Below, one piece after another: positions 1 to 13,018 of a DNA stretch of 64,000 bases; within the stretch, counting starts at the first letter, position 1, and every line of letters starts with the position of its first letter. The position numbers and the translations under genes were made by a program. The notes beneath the pieces are model-generated. The model made no database searches. It was not told the DNA's origin and saw only the letters and a program-made list of their open reading frames with translations. This DNA comes from Eledone cirrhosa (taxonomy: Eukaryota), in assembly GCA_964016885.1 (NCBI GenBank), contig OZ024742.1:352098001-352162000 (forward strand), in the 5' to 3' direction.

Positions 1-298
1 ATGTATTGGAGATCGAATGACGCAACCTCAAGCGATTAGCGAACTCTAGACTCACCTGATCAAAGAAACAATTGTCAGTACTTTAAATAAAGCCGTTATT
101 GAACAGCGAACCATGTTACTCTTTATTCTTTAACTATTATTACTCCAAGTATAACCTGCATAGAAATTAGCGCGAACTCGCTGCATAACTATGGAAGCGA
201 CTTGTTAAATCAAACAAAGCCGTACGTTAAAACTATCTACGACGCCGAGTACTCACAACCTCTTAGTGCATTAACTATAACGATAACTTGTTATGCCA
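1..298 (+). repeat. Dispersed repeat (PLE pseudo-LTR-like), homologous to 37860-38290
   Basis: Reverse complement of 37860-38150 aligns along its length; ends at (TA)n; contains CTGATCA-aa-GAAACAATTGTC. Confidence 0.6.
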
Positions 299-319
299 TA
301 TATACATATATATATATAT

Positions 320-590
320 AAGAAAGTAAGTCCATAGAATCATTTGATAAAATATATACAGTATTTCTCCTCCCAATCAGCAAAATTGACGACACAAAAA
401 AATCAACTAAATGAGGCTTTAAGTTTAAAATGTACCTATGAAGATACAATATATAAATTTTATCAGCGATCAACAGCCAGAGAAGATTTACCTAGTATTT
501 GTAATAGCCCGTACAAATTGATTAGACAACCATACACAATTAGGTAGAAAATCAAAGTTAGAAGAAAAAATGTACATAAACATACCAATA
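320..590 (-). repeat. Diverged relative of the 48010-49200 PLE-type repeat family
   Basis: catagaatcatttgataaaatatatacagtatttctcctcccaatcagc matches ctatagaatcacaagataaaatatatactatttcctctcccaattagc at about 48130-48180. Confidence 0.5.
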
Positions 591-944
591 TATATATATA
601 TATTTGAATACAACGGGCTTTTTATTCTCCCCTTTATTTTACCCTTTCCTTTTTCTTTATTTCCCTTATTTTCTCTCCGCATCTTTCCTATTTTTTTCTG
701 ATCTTTATTTCCCTTCCTTTTCCTCTCTGCATCTTCACTTTTCTTCTTTTACTGATTTTTTTCTTCACATCTTCCCTTTCAACTCCCCTTCTTTATTTTT
801 ACCTTGTTTTACGTTCTCTTCTTCTCTAAGTTTATCATAGTATTTGCAGTAGAAATATGTTGACGGTTGGTGAAATAAATCACTACCACGACAGGAATTG
901 AATAATCAAAACCGTAGCGGTATGTAGCATATCCAATCTCTCAT

Positions 945-1009
945 ATATTTTATTAGATGAAAACGTACTGAAACACCATTGTACCTTTGACATATGTATT
1001 ATAAAATAT
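945..1009 (+). ncRNA. Decayed type I hammerhead motif (relative of the 16180 family)
   Basis: 9-bp stem I atattttat/ataaaatat flanks TAGATGA...GACA-tatgt-ATT; both core boxes mutated. Confidence 0.4.
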
Positions 1010-1051
1010 ATATTTTGATTATGAAAATATTTTTCATTTGTTGATATTTTG

Positions 1052-1179
<128 letters not shown>

Positions 1180-1216
1180 TTCTCATTTACATATTGATAT
1201 TGTTGTTCATCACTTC

Positions 1217-1510
1217 AGAAGTAAGAAGTAAGAAGAAGTAAGAAGAAGAAGAAGAAGTAAGAAGAAGTGAGAAGAAGAAGTAAGGAGAAGAAGAAGAAGA
1301 AGAAGAAGAAGAAGAAGAAGAAGAGGAGGAGGAGGAGGAGGAGGAGGAGGAAGATGGGAAGGAGGAGGAGGAGGAGGAGAAGGAGGAGGAGGAGGGGGAG
1401 GAGAAGGAGGAGGATGAGGAGGAGTAGGAGGATGGTGAGGAGGAGGAGGAGGAGGAGGAGGAGTAGGAGGAGAAGAAGAAGAAGAAGAAGAAGAAGAAGA
1501 AGAAGAAGAA

Positions 1511-1542
<32 letters not shown>

Positions 1543-1847
1543 AGAGGAGGAGGAGGAGGAGGAGGATGGGAAGGAGGAGGACGAGGAGGAGAAGGAGGAG
1601 GAGGAGGAGGAGGAGGAGAAGGAGGAGGATGAGGAGGAGGAGGAGGAGGAGGAGGAGGAGGAGGAGGAGGAGGAGGAGTAGGAGGAGAAGAAGAAGAAGA
1701 AGAAGAAGAAGAAGAAGAAGAAGAAGAAGAAGAAGAAGAAGAAGAAGAAGAAGAAGAAGAAGAAGAAGAAGAAGAAGAGGAAGAGGAAGAAGAAGAAGAA
1801 GAAGAAGAAGAAGAAGAAGAAGAAGAAGAAGAAGAAGAAGAAGAAGA
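1217..1847. repeat. Compound (GAA)n/(GGA)n trinucleotide microsatellite
   Basis: About 630 bp of almost pure purine tract on the + strand. Confidence 0.99.
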
Positions 1848-2172
1848 TTCATAAAATGTAACTGTACTTTACTCTGTATAATTATCTACACATCCTGAAC
1901 ATGCTATTATATAAATTGTATATCCTGATATTCTGATCCTTTTCTTTTATTCAAAATTGATTTAATGTATTTCTTATTGCTTTCTTTAAATAAAATCATT
2001 TCATATCATTAAATCCCAATGTTGGTTTTCTTCCAATGAGTACCTCAGTTCCTCTGGAATTTTTCTAAACATAGTTACTTTCTTTGCCTTGGTTTGAATT
2101 ACACATTCGTATACGATGTAGTGCATTTTCTGTGTGCAAGTTTTCATCTTATTTTTCTTATTATTTATCTTT

Positions 2173-2265
2173 TAACTTTGCCTTTCATCCTTACGGGGTC
2201 GATAAAATCAAGTACCAGTAATGCACTGGGTATTTGCTGGCCTTGTGCCAAAACTAGAAACAATT
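2173..2265 (+). mobile_element. tRNA-derived SINE, 3' half
   Basis: actttgcctttcatccttacggggtcgataaaatcaagtaccag...gctggccttgtgccaaaactagaaacaatt, shared with full copies. Confidence 0.8.
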
Positions 2266-2727
2266 ATATTTAAGTATTTCTGTCTCTGTTCTGAAATTCC
2301 TTTTCCATCGTTAATATATTACTATTTCGCGAATTGCTTCTCTTTTCTAAAACTGACTTACATTAAAATTAAGGTTTACCTTCTCTGATCTCCAATTGCA
2401 TCGATCATTGTTTAACTGCATGTGTATAGACAGTGGCCATTGTTCGTTCATTTTGAAAATGATCTCCTTTTGAAATCGAAGTTAAAGGGAAATCAATGCT
2501 TCAGGTTACATTCCATTTTCAGTAGTATTGAAACCATTTCAAGAAGTAATCTTATTCTCTTTCTATTGAATCCGATCAGGGCGGTATGTAAAGTTTAGTA
2601 TATCAACCCAAATTGGCCTCGGTGTGATTTAAAATCAGAACCGAAAATAAACGCCTGCATCATTTTCTCTGACGCCTTAAAGATGCCCACATTCCTATCT
2701 CACATTGCAGCATAAGTTACGAATAGT

Positions 2728-2872
2728 AATTGTTTCTACTGTGGCACAAGGCCAGCAATTATCCAGTACATTACTTGTACTTTATTCTATCGACCACGTA
2801 TGGATAAAAGGCAAAGTTAACCTCGACGGGATTTGAACGTCCAAAATTCCCGATACTGCCAATTCACCGCCC
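2728..2872 (-). mobile_element. tRNA-derived SINE (internally deleted)
   Basis: Same family as 57923-58107. Confidence 0.8.
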
Positions 2873-3415
2873 AAACTTACGAAGAATAATGAAATAGAGA
2901 TAGTATGAAGTAAATAATTCAAACCTCACCAAATTATATTGTTGTGTGAAATAGAAATGAATAATACACAACTAACGGCACATGTCATTAGTTTCCTAAT
3001 GGATGATTGTTTATACCATTATTTGATGAGTTAATATTAATGAATTCGAAAACAATGTGGAAATATATTTAAAATACTTAAATAAAAATAGGGAACGTAA
3101 AAAGTAATAATTAAGGAATATTTAGGAACAAAACAAGAGAAAACGTATACTTGCCATAATTTCACGTAATATGAGTGGCTTCATTGTTACTAAACTCTAT
3201 TTTTTGGAGTTATGTATTGTTATCTACTTACCCTATGTGACTGTCAACAATCTTAATACGAAGTGTAGTTAATTAGCAGAACCAGAATAATAAATTAATC
3301 CGAAGCTGCAGAATGCTGCCGCCATATATTCACGTACATTTACATGAATACGGAGTCGTTTTTATCTATACACACACACATATCTATATATATATATCTA
3401 CATATATTTATATAT

Positions 3416-3525
<110 letters not shown>

Positions 3526-3547
3526 ATACTTTGGGAGGGTCATGTTG

Positions 3548-3600
<53 letters not shown>

Positions 3601-4513
3601 GGAGAGAGAGAGAGAGGGGGAGAGAGAGAGAGAGAGAGAGATTAAATGAATCAAAGTTCTGTTCAAACCATTTATTAGCTTACAATTGTTTCGTACAAAC
3701 CAAGTTTTGGAGTCTTCGGAGCAGTTTTTCAATGATTGTTTAGATACATGACCTCCTTTCCAACACAAGAGACATACATAAACATATGTATATGTCGATG
3801 CACAGTGGGGTGACATCCATTATAATATTTTAGCATGGCAATTTACATTCAAAAATTAAAATCATATTAAAAGAAAATTAAAACAAACTTAAAGTTAAAA
3901 TACAACATCGGCAGTCTACGAAGATAATGCAAGAGGATAGTTTGAAGTAGTTAGTGTATGCAATAGTTACACGTGGGGAATGCACGTGTGTCTTATTTAT
4001 ATAAGATTATTGTGCGGCAATGTGTTATATGCAATACACGCACTTTAAGCGGGCAATCAAGAGTATTATGGGGGTTGTATGGGTAAAGTACTTTTTATGT
4101 ATGATAAAGAAGCTTGTGTGCAGAAAAATATTAAAAATGAGAAGCAAAATAATGTTATGGTTTTCCTATACACCACCATTTTCATAATCCAGGAAACGTA
4201 ATATATAGATTATATGTCCTTCACATAATCAACGATGATTCAGTATTGGATGCTTGATGTATTAGGTTAGATTATTACAGCTTGTTGTTCTTTAATCCAA
4301 TTTTATAGAGCATTTTGTTTTTGTTGCGAGAATTTGCATCGTTTTATTTTCCGGAAGTGTTTGTATCATTAAGGGGAGTTAATGCGTGAGGGGAGGTAAC
4401 TATTTATCTTACTGGTAATAAGGTAGTAATAAATTACTGTCTTTCACTGTTTAGGGTTTAAAATATATATAACTATAAAAAGTGTTAGTATATACATAAC
4501 CATAAATAGTATC

Positions 4514-4556
<43 letters not shown>

Positions 4557-4561
<5 letters not shown>

Positions 4562-6561
4562 GAAACACAGATACATGCGGACACACACATATATACATGA
4601 ATGCATCCGCACCCAACTGTGAGTTAAGGTGCCAACTTCACCGATGTTGCTCAATGAATGACTGGGACAGACCAATTCAGTTTGAACCAGACTGAACCAG
4701 TATCAGAGTTAAAAATACATTATGAAGAGAGAAGAAACATTTAGATATAATTAGTAATAAAATGTATCATACCTAAACTGTTCCTAAATTCCTCGACTAC
4801 GTAGTTTCGTGGCATAAACAAAACCAATATATCAAAGATATAGAGTCCTTGCGAGGTCTGCCGACTTATCAAGAGGATACCTCATTTTACTAGTCTCAAG
4901 AACGCGTCTATACGACGTGAGAAAGAATCCCAAAAGGCGGAGGGGGAGATAGTCACGCGATATAACGGTCGAGAAACAGAGCTAAGCCTCTTATAACCAC
5001 GAAGAAAATACCACGGAGGCGGAGGGGGTATTCATATCGAGGCCGTAGAAGAGGTAGTGAAGAAGGCGAGAGGTATGAGTAATGGAAGCTTTCCAGTTGT
5101 CCCCACACTTCAAAGATTGCTCGACCAGAGGGAGTTATTAATATATTTAGAAACACACAGATACATGCGGACACACACATATATACGTGTAGACGCGTTC
5201 TTGAGACTAGTAAAATGAGGTATCCTCTTGATAAGTCGGCAGACCTCGCAAGGACTCTATATCGTTGATATATTGTTTTTGTTTATGCCACGAAACTACG
5301 TAGTCGAGGAATTTAGGAACAGTTTAGGTATGATACATTTTATTACTAATTATATCTAAATGTTTCTTCTCTCTTCATAATGTATTTTTAACTCTGATAC
5401 TGGTTCAGTCTGGTTCAAACTGAATTGGTCTGTCCCAGTCATTCATTGAGCAACATCGGTGAAGTTGGCACCCTTAACTCACAGTTGGGTGCGGATGCAT
5501 TCATGTATATATGTGTGTGTCCGCATGTATCTGTGTGTTTCTAAATATATTAATAACTCCCTCTGGTCGAGCAATCTTTGAAGTGTGGGTACAACTGGAA
5601 AGCTTCCATTACTCATACCTCTCGCCTTCTTCACTACCTCTTCTACGGCCTCAATATGAATACCCCCTCCGCCTCCGTGGTATTTTCTTCGTGGTTATAA
5701 GAGGCTTAGCTCTGTTTCTCGACCGTTATATCGCGTGACTATCTCCCCCTCCGCCTTTTGGGATTCTTTCTCACGTCGTGTAGACGCGTTCTTGAGACTA
5801 GTAAAATGAGGTATCCTCTTGATAAGTCGGCAGACCTCGCAAGGACTCTATATCTTTGATATATTGTTTTTGTTTATGCCACGAAACTACGTAGTCGAGA
5901 AATTTAGGAACAGTTTAGGTATGATACATTTTATTACTAATTATATCTAAATGTTTCTTCTCTCTTCATAATGTATTTTTAACTCTGATACTGGTTCAGT
6001 CTGGTTCAAACTGAATTGGTCTGTCCCAGTCATTCATTGAGCAACATCGGTGAAGTTGGCACCCTTAACTCAAAGTTGGGTGCGGATGCATTCATGTATA
6101 TATGTGTGTGTCCGCATGTATCTGTGTGTTTCTAAATATATTAATAACTCCCTCTGGTCGAGCAATCTTTGAAGTGTGGGGACAACTGGAAAGCTTCCAT
6201 TACTCATACCTCTCGCCTTCTTCACTACCTCTTCTACGGCCTCGATATGAATACCCCCTCCGCCTCCGTGGTATTTTCTTCGTGGTTATAAGAGGCTTAG
6301 CTCTGTTTCTCGACCGTTATATCGCGTGACTATCTCCCCCTCCGCCTTTTGGGATTCTTTCTCACGTCGTGTAGACGCGTTCTTGAGACTAGTAAAATGA
6401 GGTATCCTCTTGATAAGTCGGCAGACCTCGCAAGGACTCTATATCTTTGATATATTGTTTTTGTTTATGCCACGAAACTACGTAGTCGAGGAATTTAGGA
6501 ACAGTTTAGGTATGATACATTTTATTACTAATTATATCTAAATGTTTCTTCTCTCTTCATA

Positions 6562-6565
<4 letters not shown>
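4557..6565. mobile_element. Non-autonomous 591-bp-unit retrozyme-like/PLE-derived element: about 1.07 units inverted (4557-5186) then about 2.3 units tandem (5187-6565), in (TA)n
   Basis: Near-identical copies with a 591-bp period (5511 vs 6102); one hammerhead per unit; no long ORF; second locus at 24399-25777. Confidence 0.85.
5223..5310 (+). ncRNA. Type I hammerhead with U3-A8 core and 57-nt stem II region (also 5814-5901+, 6405-6492+, 4790-4877-, 24471-24558-, 25453-25540+)
   Basis: tcctc-TTGATAA-g...c-GAAAC-TACGTA-GTC-gagga: 5-bp stem I, palindromic stem III ACTACGTAGT, GUC triplet. Confidence 0.8.
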
Positions 6566-6609
<44 letters not shown>

Positions 6610-6613
<4 letters not shown>

Positions 6614-6800
6614 AAGTATGACCCCGACGGCCGAGCTCAAGCCGTTTCGACGGCTATTTCAGTCCAGAAATAGCAGTCGAAACGGCTTCAGCTCTGCCGT
6701 CGGGGTCATACTTTTTCGTATTTTCCACTCTACTACCCTAAGTATTGAGTACTCTGGAGCGTTATGGTCTATCTGTCCCTTACCACAATTCCTTTGTATT
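6610..6800. repeat. Short fold-back repeat family (also 53043-53220; half copies 8668-8713, 47698-47733)
   Basis: About 50-bp inverted arms gaccccgacggc...gccgtcggggtc plus a shared tail, flanked by (TA)n. Confidence 0.75.
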
Positions 6801-7021
6801 ATATATATATATATATATATAAACTGACTTTTTCGAATATTAATAATAATATTCGATTCGTTTGCAATTAGGCAAACAAGCCTCATTTTTAAAGCCATGT
6901 CAGTAGAATGACCCCCTCGAATCGAATATTATTACTGATATTCAAAAAACTGAGATTACATTCATTTTATTCATCCATGTAGAGCGACATTTTTTTTATT
7001 ATTATAATATATATATATATA

Positions 7022-7170
7022 TGGAAGTAGTTCAACAACATTTTGTTCACTATTACTGAGAACAATTGTTTCACATGATTCGGATCATCAGCTCTGTCTA
7101 CTCGGAATTATTTCTACCAGATTCGTCCCATGGGCTGAGTGCTCTACTACTACGAATATAATACACCGTC
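7022..7170. mobile_element. Rearranged PLE pseudo-LTR fragment with hammerhead at 7058-7094 (-)
   Basis: Reverse complement reads gag-CTGATGA-tccgaatcatgt-GAAAC-AATT-GTT-ctc; same family as 35657 and 37145-37400. Confidence 0.65.
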
Positions 7171-7389
7171 AACTACATGAAAGTGAACGTAAATATATAC
7201 GTAGTGCGTAAATAATACACGCAGAAAAAAAGCCAACAATAAACATATATATATGTATACATATATCTATATAACCAAAATTATATTAAGGATGTCATGT
7301 TTGAGAAACATACGCTAACACCTCTATAGAATAAGCTCAAAACCTCTAAGGGAAAGATCCGAGTATGTATAAGCGTTCAATTAAAAATC

Positions 7390-8070
7390 TAAGTATGTAT
7401 ACGTACATTAGTATGTATATATATACATACATGCACACATATATATATGTACGTATGGCTTTACCGAACATTTATTATAATGTTCGGTTTGTTTGTAAAC
7501 AGACAGCACGTATTAAGCCGTACAGTGTTCGGCAACCATCGTGGCCCTTTTCTTCAACACTGACCAAGGAACGATGAAGTAGTTTCAAGCTTATTAGCTA
7601 TCGTCAGCATCGTATACCCTCCTCTCAGATGATTGAACGTTTGAAAGTATATACTTTTCTTATGATTATTAACGGCTGAGCCGCCTAATTTGCATATCGA
7701 GTGAGTTAGTCGGTCGGGCGTACCGAAAACGACATATGGAAAAGAATGAAACGAAATTTCATTTCTCACTCTTAGTACGGCTATTACTTAAATATAAGTA
7801 TGTATACGTACATACATATATGTATACAGACATACATATATGTATACACTGTACGGCATAAATCGGGCTGTTTCTTTACAAAGAAACCGAACATTATAAT
7901 GAATGTTCGGTAAACCCATACGTACATATATATATGTGTGCATGTATGTATATATATACATACTACTGTACGTCTGTATATATGTATGTGTGTACGTATA
8001 CATACTTACATTTAAGTATCAGCCGTACTAAGATTGATAATTGAAATTTCGTTTCATTCTTTTTCCAATT
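7390..8070 (-). mobile_element. About 443-nt hammerhead-bearing non-coding element with inverted end piece (HHR 7572-7612 -)
   Basis: Homologous to 16520-17000 and 49320-49830. Confidence 0.75.
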
Positions 8071-8129
8071 AAAAATTGATTGACACACACACACACATAT
8101 ATATATATATATGTGTGTGTCATATACAT

Positions 8130-8263
<134 letters not shown>

Positions 8264-8563
8264 ATATAAACACATCAAACAATCACAGGGGATAATTTGT
8301 AAAGAGCGTAAGCACACATAGTTACGTAGGTAACAAATTATAATTTAACGAGAACTTCAAATATTGATACCTTTCAATAATGATTAATCCCATTTCAATA
8401 TATTTCATTAAATAAAGAAATATATTTCACCATTAATCGATAAAACACAGTATTGAAATCCTGATCATCAACATACATACACACTCATACACATACATAT
8501 CATATATGTATATGAATATATTTATAGATACCAATATATATTTATATATACATATATATGCAG

Positions 8564-8656
<93 letters not shown>

Positions 8657-8713
8657 GGAACGTGTGTGACCCCGACGGTAGAGCTCAAGCCGTTTCGAGG
8701 GTTATTTCTGGAC

Positions 8714-8748
<35 letters not shown>

Positions 8749-8749
8749 A

Positions 8750-8871
<122 letters not shown>

Positions 8872-9756
8872 TTGTGTGTGCACGTGTGTGTGTGTTTATG
8901 TATGTGTGTGTATATGTGTGTGTTATACGGTGTGATTGTGTGCCTATATATACATTTTGATCGTAGATATATTTCATCAGATGAAATTCCTATTTTCAGT
9001 TGAAGGCATTTAAATCCAAGAATGTCCTCCTGTCCTTCAATATTTCATTCGTGTCCTATATTTCATTATCCTATCGCAGCTAGAAAATCAAACTAAATGG
9101 CAATTCATTTTGAATATTGCTATAGAACCCTCTTATATTGGAATCAATAAATGTCTACGAAATAGTTAAGAACTCACTCACTCAGAGTGAAGTTTCTTGC
9201 TTTTGTACAGTCTCGCTTCCTTCTTTTATTCTGACACGCGATCACGATTAGGCTTCTATTTTAGATAATGTACACGTTTGAAATGTAGATTATAAATATC
9301 TAAATGTTACATGACCGAGAGCTGCAAGATGGTCTTTTGTTTCTTCACTTGAATTGTCGAAACTTTTCTAAGTAGCTTGGCCTCCTTCAAATGATATTAA
9401 CAAAGACGTATTGTGTAAAATATATCAGAGCTAATTAGTTTTTTCATATGTTTCTTCGTGTTTTAATTCTCACTAAGATTGTATAAGCTTTATATTTCTT
9501 TGTAGCAATATCGTCTATTTACTATATTTAACATTTTCTGTCTGGGTAAGTGGTTGTAATACTGCGATGAAGAGCCCACCAATCCCTTCAAATATTATCC
9601 AGACTAAACTAATAAATTGTTATCGGTACTGTAATCTGAATGGGAATTTATATAACATGAACTAGGTAGATTTAAAGCGTTCCATATTAAGAACATTTCA
9701 GTACTGGGGTCTGAATCCATCTGACTGATAAGATGACAAGTCAGTCAATCATATTG

Positions 9757-9948
9757 GTGGCCTCCCCACAGCCCCGGCGGACAGAATAGAGAAGGCGTTT
9801 CGCCGGAGTACGGCAAGGGAGACGCGCTGGAAAAGCCACTACAAATCGCGGGGCTCACACCTGCGACTGGCCAGCTCAGCGCCTATGGTGGTGAGTAGGG
9901 AGGTAGCCCTAGTCCCTAGAATAACAGAAATCTCCACTGCCAAGGGTA
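9757..9948 (-). mobile_element. 3' fragment of CRE-like RLE retrotransposon
   Basis: Reverse complement is homologous to 52450-52630. Confidence 0.65.
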
Positions 9949-10300
9949 CATTTTAATTAAATGAAGAGTATTTCCTCGTGAATCAATTGATTCTTGATCA
10001 GTTGAACACCTCTTCCACTAACACCACACCCGCTGTCATAAAGAAAAGTTATATAAACATAGATTTTGAGAGGTTTTCTCATTTTCTAACTTTTCAATGA
10101 ATATGAGAAAACTATTGTTCATGTTCTATATGATTGACGGAATAATTGAAACTGGCAATATTTTACAAAACTTGTATCCCATTAAGATAAAAAATATATA
10201 TATTGTGTAGATTAAAGGCAACAATAATCTGTAAATAAACCACTACGCTAGAAAAAAAGCAATCTATATATTTATATATGTACATACACACATATAGATA

Positions 10301-10382
<82 letters not shown>

Positions 10383-10395
10383 GTGTGTGTGTGTA

Positions 10396-11193
10396 TGTTG
10401 GTCGGATCCCGACTGAAATTGGGGGTAGCCACAGTTTAAAGGAAGTCAATTCTTAACACTTAACGTAAATTTGGATAGTTATCAAGGGAGCAGAATATAT
10501 CCATTAATAACATTTAAAGGGGTACAATATAATTGTTGACCCTTTGGATAAAAGATGTTGTCACCAATTTAGCGGAGAAGTATTTAGAGAGTTGTAATGT
10601 CGCCACGAGGAACCAGGTTTGGTAGAAAGATATGATAGGAATATCGACAACGACTTTAGCTTGGTTTTACATTATTTATTAACAGAGGTTGAGCTGGCAT
10701 GCCAAGAGAAATAAAACAAATCAATTAAGATTACAAGAGAAAATACGGTCGACTGGCTGAGGCGTTTAGCCAATTCCGTAGTAAAAGTGTTGTGTCGTTA
10801 CATATTGTTTGTGCCGGCGGAGCAAAAGAACAAGTGGTGTTTACCTTAGCACGGTCTAGGTGGAAGTGATAGCGTCCTCAAATCTTTGCGGGCTATTTCT
10901 CCCTCAGAACGCGTAGGGATAAATCCTCTTCTACTGGCGCTGATTGGCTGAGCTGAGCCAAATCACGCACAGATAATGTATGTGAGCCCGCGGAATGTAG
11001 GTTACTACAACCTTATAAAAGATATGAGAAATAAAAAAAATAGTAATATGATTTCTGGGATGAATTTGTATAATGTAGTCATCTCCCGAATTCAAATAGC
11101 ACATAACACGTGTGCATGAGTGCGGGTATCTGTGAATGTTGTATCCCAATTTGTAGAAAATATTGCCTTTTAAGGTAATACGTGCGACCACCA
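10396..11193. mobile_element. Probable solo LTR (about 800 bp)
   Basis: TG...CA termini with imperfect inverted repeat TGTTGGTCG/CGACCACCA; flanks tgta/ggta are only an imperfect TSD; GC higher than surroundings. Confidence 0.4.
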
Positions 11194-11207
11194 GGTAGTA
11201 ATAGTAA

Positions 11208-11360
11208 TAACTGTTTCTAATTTTTGGCACAAGCCAGCAATTTCAGTACATTACTGGTAATTTATTTTATCGACCCCATAAGGATGAAAGGCAAAGTTAA
11301 CATCGGCGGGATTTGACCTCAGATCATAAAGGGACATAACTATGCTAGAAAGCATGGCGT
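11208..11360 (-). mobile_element. tRNA-derived SINE
   Basis: Family match to 57923-58107. Confidence 0.8.
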
Positions 11361-11419
11361 CGTACTAGTAATAACAATGTATTTTAAATGTAGACAAGCA
11401 ATTTTAGTAAAATATGCTC

Positions 11420-11750
11420 ATTCAAGAGTCAGTGTATGGGTATCTTAAATAGAATATGTACCAAAGTTATCTACAATGCTCTTCTACTATGGAGAATTCC
11501 AACACTATTAGGTCTCTCACACCATGTGTACTAAACTGTTTACACGTCTATTCCGTGTAACCAATGCCCTGATCACATCAGACAGTTTCTTACATAATAT
11601 GGTTGCGTTCTCGAGGCGAAGGCTTCAAGGACATAGTGTCGGTCCGTTCCCTTTTCGTTTGAATTTGGATTGTGTCAGAAGGTAACCTTATTATATAAGA
11701 AGCTGTTGGATGAGATATTGCCACTGGAAGAGCGGAATCGCGAGGACAAT
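11420..11750 (+). pseudogene. Highly decayed RTE-type RT remnant
   Basis: gagaattccaacactattaggtctctcacaccatgtgtactaaactgtttacacgt resembles EN.R.I.LLS...KLFTR. Confidence 0.3.
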
Positions 11751-11875
11751 AACGTCATTGAAATACATATCACAACATTATCAATAAATGTTTTTAACAT
11801 CTGAAGCTACTTTACATTTCCTTATTATAAATACACTCCGTCATTCTTCTTGAATTGCATCAATGTTACAATAAG

Positions 11876-11919
<44 letters not shown>

Positions 11920-12189
11920 CGTGCGCGTGTGTGTATGTGCGCGGGCGCGCGCCAAATGGAAAAACAAAAAATTCGCATACATGGAGAATGATGAATAACG
12001 CAAAAATCCATCATAATAAGAAGCTATCCGTCGAAGAAGATCTCATTGAAGAAGAGGATTGAACAGAATTCCTTTCATTTCTAAAATCTGGATAATTGTA
12101 ATAAATCAGGTATAAATTAGTATGTGTTATGGTTCCTTTCTTCATTTGCTTTATTTCTTCCGTGATTTTCAATACATTGTGTAAACATC

Positions 12190-12468
12190 ATTATTTAATA
12201 TAGAAATTGCTTCAACAGGAATAGAACTTTTTCATTCGTATGAAATCAACTCTAATGTCTTGAGGATTTCATACGAATGAAACTGTTTAATCCTGTAGAA
12301 TCGATTTCTAGGTTAAATCAGGATATTATCTTGACCTGCCAATGACCTTATAGTCCGACGGCAATTTAGCTTCTCTTTGGTTGCATACCAATCGGCGAAA
12401 CTGAGCAGCAGGTGGTTTGAAGAATTGAAGAAAAATTTTGTATATTTTGTCTATTTACTATGCACAGG

Positions 12469-12470
<2 letters not shown>
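12190..12470 (+). mobile_element. Fold-back repeat (12192-12318) followed by decayed expanded hammerhead (12334-12413)
   Basis: Inverted arms around 12250-12260; stem I acctgc/gcaggt enclosing CAATGA...GAAAC-TGA-GCA; ends at (TA)n. Confidence 0.5.
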
Positions 12471-12552
<82 letters not shown>

Positions 12553-13018
12553 GTATATATGTATGTATATATATAGAGATAGAGATAGAGAGAGAGAAAG
12601 AAAGAGAGAGATAAAGAGAGAATGAGTGGGTAGGTAGATTGCATATAGAATCAAAAAAACATTTTCGGTAAATGCGATCGAAAAAACCATGTAAATCGAC
12701 GACGATATATACATTATATTTGTCTATTGTTAAACTGTGTTGATAATGCAAGCTATCATGTGCGTAGGACAGCTTCTGGAGGCAATATACGAGCAAACAA
12801 TATATATTCCTCTTGTTCTTAAAATCTAGTATAGAAACTTACACAAATTATATTATTAAACATAAAACACAGATGCTATTAATTCGGCATCAATTTCTGA
12901 GTTAGCCGTTGAGACACAATGGAGGAAAACGAGTGAAGAGATACTCAACCCTTTAAAAGTCTCTCATGCTGCTAAGAAAAACTGCAAAGAGCAAAGCCAC
13001 CAACAAGGAAAGGACGTG

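Noticed and set aside
5511-5738. 75-aa ORF repeated five times
   Set aside because: Identity reflects the young DNA repeat; it starts in a TA/TG tract and has no recognisable domain
4557-6565. CRISPR-like or prokaryotic repeat array
   Set aside because: Eukaryotic context; long identical units without unique spacers
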